In this document: positions 5,921 to 12,640 of the stretch, piece by piece
Numbering within the stretch: position 1 is the stretch's first letter
Layout: each line of letters opens with the position of its first letter
Origin: Nitrospinales bacterium
Lineage (GTDB): Bacteria; Nitrospinota; Nitrospinia; Nitrospinales; JAJDAT01
Length of the DNA stretch: 12,640 nucleotides
Direction of reading: 5' to 3'
NCBI GenBank assembly: GCA_046757665.1
Contig: JBHHYO010000075.1
Location: 1-12,640 of the forward strand
The notes under the pieces: generated by a model
Told to the model about the DNA's origin: nothing
What the model saw: the letters and a program-made list of their open reading frames with translations, nothing else
Databases searched by the model: none
Made by a program: the position numbers and the translations under genes

Positions 5921-6931
5921 ATGCAAATGAAACAAATTGTAAAAACCCTGGCGGCCTCGGCGGCATTTGTAATTTTTTTCATCGCGACGGTATCCGCCGC
6001 GCCGCTTCAAGTGGATCCCGGCCTTCCTTCGTACAGCAAGGCGGGCGGCGTCAGCGGCACCCTGTCCAGCGTGGGATCGGACACGTTGAACAACCTGATG
6101 ACCTTGTGGACGGAAAAATTCAAGGAGTTTTATCCGAACGTGAACACGCAGGTTGAAGGCAAGGGTTCCTCCACGGCCCCGCCGGCGCTGATTTCGGCGA
6201 CCGCCCAGTTGGGGCCGATGTCGCGCGCCATGAAGAACAAGGAGATCGACAAGTTCGAGAAGAAGTTCGGTTACAAACCCACTCCCGTGCGGGTGGCGGT
6301 GGACGCTCTGGCGGTTTTCATCAACAAGGACAACCCCATTAAAGGCATGTCCTTCGACCAGATTGACGCCGTTTTCTCCAAGAACCGCCGCAGAGGTTAT
6401 AAGAAAGACATCACGACCTGGGGACAGCTGGGCTTGACCGGCGACTGGGCGAACCGGCCCATCAGCGTCTATGGGCGCAATTCCGCCTCGGGCACCTACG
6501 GATATTTCAAGAAGCTGGTTTTGAAGAAAGGCGACTACAAGGATCAGGTGAAGGAACAGCCCGGTTCCGCCTCGGTGGTGCAAAGCGTTACCGTGGACCG
6601 TTATTCCATCGGCTACAGCGGCATCGGTTACAAGACGGCCGGTGTCCGCGCCGTGCCGCTGTCCGTGACAGGGAAGAACTACATTGAAGCCAACGCGGAA
6701 AACGCCCTGGCGGGGGAATATCCTCTGGCCCGGTTCCTTTATATCTATGTCAACAAGGCGCCCGGCAAGCCTCTGGACCCGCTGACGTTGGAGTTTCTCA
6801 AACTGGTGCTTTCCCGGCAAGGGCAGGAAGTGGTCGTCAAGGACGGCTATTTCCCTCTGGCCGCCGCTATTGTCCGGCAGGACATGAATTTGATTGCTGG
6901 TGAGGGCGCTACCAAGTTGACCCGAAACTGA
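5921..6931 (+). CDS. pstS: Phosphate ABC transporter substrate-binding protein PstS
   Basis: Signal peptide; [63 protein letters not shown]; strong SD; first gene of pstSCAB-phoU. Confidence 0.95.
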   Translation: MQMKQIVKTLAASAAFVIFFIATVSAAPLQVDPGLPSYSKAGGVSGTLSSVGSDTLNNLMTLWTEKFKEFYPNVNTQVEGKGSSTAPPALISATAQLGPMSRAMKNKEIDKFEKKFGYKPTPVRVAVDALAVFINKDNPIKGMSFDQIDAVFSKNRRRGYKKDITTWGQLGLTGDWANRPISVYGRNSASGTYGYFKKLVLKKGDYKDQVKEQPGSASVVQSVTVDRYSIGYSGIGYKTAGVRAVPLSVTGKNYIEANAENALAGEYPLARFLYIYVNKAPGKPLDPLTLEFLKLVLSRQGQEVVVKDGYFPLAAAIVRQDMNLIAGEGATKLTRN

Positions 6932-6934
6932 TTT

Positions 6935-9214
6935 ATGAATCAACCTCCCAATCCTCACGGAACGTGGAAGTTGTTACCTTCGATTTTCAAGGATGCTTTC
7001 GTGCCGGGCGTCGGTCGGCGGCAAACCGCCGACCGCCTGACCCGGTGGCTGATCACTTCCGGCGGGATGCTGATCATCCTCGCCATTCTCGCCATCTTTT
7101 TTGTTATCCTGGCGGTTGTTTATCCCCTCTTCAAAAGTCCCCGGTTGATTCCCGAGGACGGATTCTCCCTTGCCGGCCGCGAGTCGGCATTTTTGGCCGT
7201 TGGCGCGGACGAGTACCGGCAAATCGCCTATGCCGTTTCCGGGGCCGGCATTCATTTTTATTCCATTAAAGACAAGGGGGCACTGCCGTCGCCGCAACTT
7301 CCCGCACTGCAAGGCGCCCGAATCGTCGCGGTCGCCGGGGGCGGACGCGATTTTCTGGCCCTTGGTCTTTCGGACGGACGGGTTTTGCCGGTGCGGGTGC
7401 GGTTTCATGTCACTTTTCCCGACGGCAAACGCCGGGTGGACGCCGACCTGGAAACCCGGAAACCGGTCACGATCGACGCGGAAGGGAAACCCGTATCGCG
7501 GCTGGCCGTTGCCGCCGGAGAGGACGGGTTCCGGATTGCGGCGGCCGGCGATTCCGGAACAATCGCCCTGGTGGTCCGCCGGCAACACCGCACCCTCATG
7601 GGGACCGTGCGGACGAAAGAGTTCCGCAAGGATTTTCCGACGCCCGCCAAGGGAGCGATAACGGCGCTTGCCATGCACGCGGATAGAAACGACCTTTTCA
7701 TCGGTACGGCCTCCGGGCAAATTCTGCACGCCGCCGGTCTCGACGGCCGGCAAGACGAGGCCGTGCAGGTCGATGTGCTGGGCGCCACGCCGCGGGAGAC
7801 CATTGGCGTCTCCGTTCTCGGTTTTCTCGCCGGCGGGCAAACCCTGGTGGTGGGCGACGAGTCGGGACAGGTGAAATCCTATCAGGTTTTCGAGCGGCAG
7901 GACGGGCGGTTCAAGATGGTTGAAGTTCACTCGTTCAAGGCGCATGACGGGCCGGTGACGCTGTTTGCCGCCTCCCGGCGGGACCGGGGGTTTTTCACCG
8001 GCGACCGCGGCGGCGCGTTGTATTATCGTTTCGGCACGACGGGAAAAACGTCGCTCACGCTTCCGCGTTCCGGGGAACACGGCCTGAGCGCCGTGGCGCT
8101 GACCGCCAAGGGCGACGGGCTCCTTGCCCTGGACACGGCGGGGCGCCTTTTTCGGTGGAGCCTCGTCAACCCGCACCCGGAAATCAGCTGGGCGGCCTTG
8201 TTCGGCGAGTTGTGGTACGAAGGGTATCCCCAGCCGGAATATGTCTGGCAGTCCACCGGCGGCACGGACGAGTTTGAACCGAAATTCAGCCTGACGCCGC
8301 TTGTGTTCGGAACGCTCAAGGGAACGATTTACGCCATGTTGTTCGCGGTGCCGCTTGCCGTTTTCGGGGCGTTTTATACATCCCAGTTCATGCGCCCGTT
8401 TTACAAGGATTTCGTGAAGCCGGTGGTCGAGATCATGGCGGCTCTGCCGAGCGTGGTTCTCGGGTTCATTGCCGCCTTGTGGCTGGCGCCCCGGGTGGAA
8501 ACCTGGTTGCCCGGCCTTGTCATTGCTCCGTTCGTGATCGTGGTCCTGGTGTTTCTGTTTGTGCTGGCCAAGGACCGCTATCCCCGGCTGTTGCCCGGCG
8601 CCTGGAAAATGGGATCGGAAATTTTCGTCCTCATCGGCCTGGCGATCCTGGGTTGCGGAATCGGGTTTTACCTGGGCGCCGCCGCCGAGACCTGGTTTTT
8701 TAACGGCGACTACAAGCCGTGGCTCAACAAGGCGCTGGGGCTTTCCTATGACCAGAGAAACTCGCTGGTGGTCGGCATCGCCATGGGGTTTGCCGTCATT
8801 CCCATCATCTTCACTATCGCCGAGGATTCCCTGTCGAACGTTCCCGGCCATTTGCGGGCCGGGTCCCTGGCGCTGGGGGCGACGCAATGGCAGACGGCCA
8901 TCAACGTGATCCTGCCGACGGCGAGTCCGGGGATCTTTTCCGCCATCATGATAGGTTTCGGCCGGGCGGTGGGGGAAACGATGATCGTGTTGATGGCGAC
9001 GGGCAACACGCCCATCATGGACATGAATATTTTCAGCGGCTTCCGGGCGCTGGCGGCGAACATCGCCGTGGAACTGCCCGAGGCCCCGGAAGGCGGCACG
9101 CTGTTCCGCATCCTGTTCCTGGCCGCCCTGCTACTTTTTATGCTGACGTTTTTTATCAATTCGCTCGCCGAGTGGGTGCGACTGCGGTTGAGGGAAAAGT
9201 ACCGGCTGTTATGA
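6935..9214 (+). CDS. pstC: Phosphate ABC transporter permease PstC, long form with a large N-terminal beta-rich extracytoplasmic domain
   Basis: C-terminal half has WQSTGG..EPKFSLTPLVFGTLKG, EIMAALPSVVLG, IPIIFTIAEDSL, SLALGATQWQT and GRAVGETMIVLMATGN. About 350 extra residues follow TM1. Confidence 0.92.
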   Translation: MNQPPNPHGTWKLLPSIFKDAFVPGVGRRQTADRLTRWLITSGGMLIILAILAIFFVILAVVYPLFKSPRLIPEDGFSLAGRESAFLAVGADEYRQIAYAVSGAGIHFYSIKDKGALPSPQLPALQGARIVAVAGGGRDFLALGLSDGRVLPVRVRFHVTFPDGKRRVDADLETRKPVTIDAEGKPVSRLAVAAGEDGFRIAAAGDSGTIALVVRRQHRTLMGTVRTKEFRKDFPTPAKGAITALAMHADRNDLFIGTASGQILHAAGLDGRQDEAVQVDVLGATPRETIGVSVLGFLAGGQTLVVGDESGQVKSYQVFERQDGRFKMVEVHSFKAHDGPVTLFAASRRDRGFFTGDRGGALYYRFGTTGKTSLTLPRSGEHGLSAVALTAKGDGLLALDTAGRLFRWSLVNPHPEISWAALFGELWYEGYPQPEYVWQSTGGTDEFEPKFSLTPLVFGTLKGTIYAMLFAVPLAVFGAFYTSQFMRPFYKDFVKPVVEIMAALPSVVLGFIAALWLAPRVETWLPGLVIAPFVIVVLVFLFVLAKDRYPRLLPGAWKMGSEIFVLIGLAILGCGIGFYLGAAAETWFFNGDYKPWLNKALGLSYDQRNSLVVGIAMGFAVIPIIFTIAEDSLSNVPGHLRAGSLALGATQWQTAINVILPTASPGIFSAIMIGFGRAVGETMIVLMATGNTPIMDMNIFSGFRALAANIAVELPEAPEGGTLFRILFLAALLLFMLTFFINSLAEWVRLRLREKYRLL

Positions 9215-10830
9215 AACGTTTTTTGGGCAAGGGCGATTTTTTTATCTGGCTGACGGGGGTTGCCCTGGCGGTTATCCTGGTGATGACCGCCGGTTTGCTG
9301 TTCCTGGTGATGAAAAACGGCCTGGCTTTTTTCTGGCCCGGCGAGGTGGCGTTGCTGACCTTGAAGAACGGCACGTTCGTCCAGGGCGAGATTGTCGCCA
9401 GGGAAACGATTCCCCAGCCCGACGCGCCGCCGGAAACCCCGCCGTTGCACCGGATCAAAATCAAGCAAGGCAACCGGGATATGTCCGGCGTCGATTTTGT
9501 CTGGATTGATGAAGCGTCGATCGTCTCGAAACGCTATCCGCCCGAGGCCACCGTTTTCGAGCGGCTGGAGTGGGGGGATTTCTATGGCGTCGTCGAGGCG
9601 GTGAAGGAAAGCGGGCAGGCGACCGCCCGGGGCGGCGAGGCGGCCTGGCGGAAGCTTCAGGAGCAACTGCCGCGCACTACGAAAGTTGTCGGGCGGATCA
9701 AGACGATTCAGAAAAAGGACATCGGTAAGGTCAGCCGGCGGATGGAGAAAATCCGGTTGCGGCTGAAAAAATATGCGTTGCAGGGCGGGGCAAGCGCCGC
9801 CGAATCCGCCGCCGCCGAGAAGGAAATGACGGCGTTGCGCAAGCGGTTCGCGGAATACGAGGTCCAGCTTCGCACGCTGAGGTCGAGCCTCTCCAACCAT
9901 GTGGTGGTTACGACCGCGAACGGGCGCGACAAGGAAATTCCACTGGCGCAGATCGTCCGGGTTTACCGGCCCAACACCTTCGGCCCCCTGGACAAGACGG
10001 TTTTCTTCGTGGAAAAAATTATCGAGTTTATTTTCGACGACCCGCGGGAGTCGAACACCGAAGGCGGCATTTTCCCGGCCTTGTTCGGGACGGTGATGAT
10101 GGTGATCGTCATGAGCATTTTCGCGGCTCCGCTGGGCATCCTGGCGGCGTTTTACCTGCGCGAATACGCCAGGCCCGGGCCGTTCGTCAGCATGGTGCGG
10201 ATTGCGGTGAACAACCTGGCGGGCGTGCCCTCGATCGTATTCGGGGTGTTCGGCGTGGGGTTTTTCATTTACGCCATTGGGGGTTCGATCGACCGGGTGT
10301 TTTTTCCGGAGTCGTTGCCGACCCCGACCTTTGGAACGGGCGGCATTTTATGGGCCTCGTTGACCCTGGCCCTGCTCACGGTGCCGGTGGTTATCGTGGC
10401 GACGGAGGAGGGGCTGGCGGCGGTTTCGCCCGGCATCCGGGAAGCGTCCCTGGCCCTGGGGGCGACGAAGGCGGAAACCCTGCGGCGCGCCGTCCTGCCG
10501 GTGGTCATGCCGTCGATTCTTACCGGGTTGATTCTGGCCATGGCGCGGGCGGCGGGGGAGGTGGCGCCGCTGATGATTACCGGCGTGGTGAAGCTGGCTC
10601 CCGCACTGCCCGTCGATTTTACGGAACCGTTCATCCACCTGGAGCGCAAATTCATGCACCTGGGATTTCATATTTACGACGTGGGGTTCCAGTCGCCCAA
10701 CGTTGACGCGGCCCGCCCCATGGTGTTCGCCACCACACTGCTGTTGATCGGCATCGTGCTGTTGCTGAATTACGCCGCGATCATGCTCCGCACCAGATTG
10801 CGAAGAAAACTGGCGGGCGGCGCGTTATAA
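9211..10830 (+). CDS. pstA: Phosphate ABC transporter permease PstA, long form with extracytoplasmic coiled-coil insert
   Basis: ATG 9211 overlaps the pstC stop (ATGA), so the ORF-track start at 8887 is not real. Motifs PRESNTEGGIFPALFGT, NNLAGVPSIVFGVFG, REASLALGATK, ARAAGEVAPL, HLGFHIYD. Confidence 0.93.
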   Translation: MKRFLGKGDFFIWLTGVALAVILVMTAGLLFLVMKNGLAFFWPGEVALLTLKNGTFVQGEIVARETIPQPDAPPETPPLHRIKIKQGNRDMSGVDFVWIDEASIVSKRYPPEATVFERLEWGDFYGVVEAVKESGQATARGGEAAWRKLQEQLPRTTKVVGRIKTIQKKDIGKVSRRMEKIRLRLKKYALQGGASAAESAAAEKEMTALRKRFAEYEVQLRTLRSSLSNHVVVTTANGRDKEIPLAQIVRVYRPNTFGPLDKTVFFVEKIIEFIFDDPRESNTEGGIFPALFGTVMMVIVMSIFAAPLGILAAFYLREYARPGPFVSMVRIAVNNLAGVPSIVFGVFGVGFFIYAIGGSIDRVFFPESLPTPTFGTGGILWASLTLALLTVPVVIVATEEGLAAVSPGIREASLALGATKAETLRRAVLPVVMPSILTGLILAMARAAGEVAPLMITGVVKLAPALPVDFTEPFIHLERKFMHLGFHIYDVGFQSPNVDAARPMVFATTLLLIGIVLLLNYAAIMLRTRLRRKLAGGAL

Positions 10831-10850
10831 TGCAGGAGAAGGATTGAGCG

Positions 10851-11702
10851 ATGAAAGGAATCATGACCCGGCCCTCATCCAGAGAAACACGCATTCAAAT
10901 TGTTCCCGGCGAAACGGGGGATACGGAGACCGTCGCGGACGCGCCCGCAAGCCCGGAGGTGGAAATCGACAACCTGTCGTTTTTCTACGGCGACACCCGG
11001 GCGCTCAATAATATTTCCATGACCATTCCCCGGCACAGGACCACGGCGTTCATCGGGCCTTCCGGGTGCGGCAAATCCACCTTCCTGCGCTGTCTGAACC
11101 GGATGAACGACCTGGTGGACGATGCCCGCGTCGAGGGAACCATCCGCGTCGGCGGCATGGACATCCACGATCCCGAACTGGATGTCAGCGAGCTTCGCAA
11201 ACGCATCGGCATGGTCTTCCAAAAGTCCAATCCCTTTCCGAAATCCATTTATGAAAACGCCGCCTATGGACCCAAAATCCACGGCGTCAAGAAAACATCG
11301 GAATTGGACCAGGTGGTCGAACGGAGCCTCAAAAACGTTGCGTTATGGGACGAGGTGAAAGACCGTCTTCATGAAAGCGCCTTGCGCCTCTCCGGCGGAC
11401 AGCAACAGCGCCTTTGCATTGCCAGGGCCATTGCCGTGGAACCGGAAATCCTGCTGATGGATGAACCCTGCTCCGCCCTGGACCCCATCGCCACCGCCAA
11501 GATCGAGGAACTGATCGTCACCCTGAAAAAGAAATACACCATCATCATCGTCACTCATAACATGCAACAGGCGGCCCGGGTCGCGGACGACACGGGATTC
11601 CTCCTGCACGGCGACCTGGTGGAGTTTAGCCCGACCGCCAGAATATTCACCAAGCCCCGGGAAAAGAAAACGGAAGATTACATCACGGGCCGTTTCGGTT
11701 AG
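10851..11702 (+). CDS. pstB: Phosphate ABC transporter ATP-binding protein PstB
   Basis: Walker [33 protein letters not shown], signature [13 protein letters not shown], Walker [24 protein letters not shown]-terminal [10 protein letters not shown]. Confidence 0.97.
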   Translation: MKGIMTRPSSRETRIQIVPGETGDTETVADAPASPEVEIDNLSFFYGDTRALNNISMTIPRHRTTAFIGPSGCGKSTFLRCLNRMNDLVDDARVEGTIRVGGMDIHDPELDVSELRKRIGMVFQKSNPFPKSIYENAAYGPKIHGVKKTSELDQVVERSLKNVALWDEVKDRLHESALRLSGGQQQRLCIARAIAVEPEILLMDEPCSALDPIATAKIEELIVTLKKKYTIIIVTHNMQQAARVADDTGFLLHGDLVEFSPTARIFTKPREKKTEDYITGRFG

Positions 11703-11733
11703 TATTGCCGCCAAACAAACGACAAGGAAACTC

Positions 11734-12438
11734 ATGACCAAACATTCGGTTCATTTTGAAAAACAGATCGGCAAGTTGAAGAAAATGATTCTGTCCCTGA
11801 GCGCCATGGTGGAGGAAAGCCTTCGCACCTCCCTGATTTCCATAGAAAAGAGAAACACCCCGCTCGCCATGAAAGTGATCGAGTCCGACGCCGAGGTGGA
11901 CCGGCTCGAAGTGGAGCTGGAAGAGGAATGCCTGAAGACGCTGGCGCTTTACCAGCCGATTTTCGCCAACGATTTGCGGCTGATTGTCGCCATTTTGAAG
12001 ATCAACAACGATCTGGAGCGCATCGCCGACCTGGCGGTGAACATCGCGGAGCGTTCGATCGACCTTTCCCGGCAAGGGACGTGGCAGATTCCTTCCGCTT
12101 TCAAGGAAATGGGCGACAAGGCCCAGTGGATGCTGAAGGCGGCGCTGGACGCATTTATCGGCCTGGACGCGGGCCTGTCGCGCCGCATTTGCGCCGCCGA
12201 CGACGAAGTGGACGGGTTTCTGCGCGCCATGTACCTCAAGACCGAGAAGGAAATTCGGGAGCAACCGGACCTGCTGAACCGGCTGATTCATTTCCTCAGC
12301 GTGTGCCGGTACATCGAGCGAATCGCGGACCATGTCACGAACATTGCCGAGGATGTCATCTACATGGTCGAGGGTGAGATTGTCCGCCACAAGTCCGAGT
12401 TCTTGCAACCACGCGAGGATGAAGACAAGCGGAAATAA
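11734..12438 (+). CDS. phoU: Phosphate signalling complex protein PhoU
   Basis: Two PhoU repeats: D.EVD.LE...LALYQP.ANDLR...DLERIADLAVNIA and DDEVD...YIERIADHVTNIAEDVIYMVEG; follows pstB; SD-like AAGGA upstream. Confidence 0.96.
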   Translation: MTKHSVHFEKQIGKLKKMILSLSAMVEESLRTSLISIEKRNTPLAMKVIESDAEVDRLEVELEEECLKTLALYQPIFANDLRLIVAILKINNDLERIADLAVNIAERSIDLSRQGTWQIPSAFKEMGDKAQWMLKAALDAFIGLDAGLSRRICAADDEVDGFLRAMYLKTEKEIREQPDLLNRLIHFLSVCRYIERIADHVTNIAEDVIYMVEGEIVRHKSEFLQPREDEDKRK

Positions 12439-12466
12439 CTCGCCGGGCGTGAAGCAAAAGATTGAC

Positions 12467-12520
12467 TGTCATTGCAAGGCGACAACCGTCACCTACCCCC
12501 TCATACTTTTCAACCCGCCG
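12467..12520. repeat. Possible degenerate relic of the repeat family found at 2793-3080
   Basis: TGTCATTGCAAGGCG (12467-12481) matches TGTCATTGCGAGGCG (2816-2830) at 14/15. CAACCCGCCG (12511-12520) is the exact reverse complement of 3014-3023 and is preceded by ACTTTT. Confidence 0.4.
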
Positions 12521-12575
12521 GATCAAAAAGACTTCCGCCGGCGCATACCTGCACTTGGCGCTATATGTAAGGGAT

Positions 12576-12604
12576 AAAAAAACGGAGGCGGGCAAACGCC
12601 CGCC
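12576..12604 (-). terminator. GC hairpin with flanking A7 run; possible terminator for a convergent minus-strand transcript
   Basis: GGCGGGC (12587-12593)-AAAC-GCCCGCC (12598-12604). A7 at 12576-12582 gives a U-tract on the minus strand, offset 4 nt from the stem. Confidence 0.4.
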
Positions 12605-12640
12605 GGAAGTGGGCTGAACTTGCGACTGGGATCAAGCTCC

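Noticed and set aside
6974-8887. Long minus-strand ORFs (637 aa here; also 1526-2605, 3460-4341, 5864-6958, 8746-9900, 11683-12408)
   Set aside because: Antisense shadows of clear plus-strand genes, expected in GC-rich DNA; no recognisable motifs.
8887-9210. 108-codon N-terminal extension of PstA in the ORF track
   Set aside because: It lies inside pstC in another frame and has no PstA-like character. ATG 9211 overlaps the pstC stop in the usual ATGA coupling.
12466-12492. E. coli-type Pho half-sites CTGTCAT (12466) and CCGTCAC (12486) after phoU
   Set aside because: They are 20 bp apart rather than 11 or 22, and the first is better explained as part of the palindromic-repeat relic.

Overview
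A GC-rich bacterial chromosomal region. It opens with a tRNA-Val(TAC)/tRNA-Asp(GTC) pair and their intrinsic terminator, followed by a complete plus-strand phosphate (Pho) locus: phoB-phoR, an OprO/OprP-type porin gene, pstS, long-form pstC and pstA, pstB and phoU. Between phoR and the porin lies an extra module. It comprises a short ArsR/SmtB-family repressor whose only cysteines are a C-terminal Cys-Cys pair, a well-formed sigma70 promoter followed by two tandem TGAA-N6-TTCA ArsR/SmtB-type operators, and a second, orphan PstS-like protein in which the phosphate-binding R-x-x-x-S-G-T motif reads K-E-M-H-R-G-T. This module is the best candidate for an undescribed system: an ArsR-switched alternative oxyanion-binding protein that may use the PstCAB transporter (inference). 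The porin and canonical pstS are each preceded by 11-bp-periodic CTAAC repeats (candidate non-enterobacterial Pho boxes), and the PhoB recognition helix is correspondingly divergent. The phoR-arsR gap holds a branched palindromic repeat inside MITE-like inverted ends, with a possible relic of the same family after phoU.
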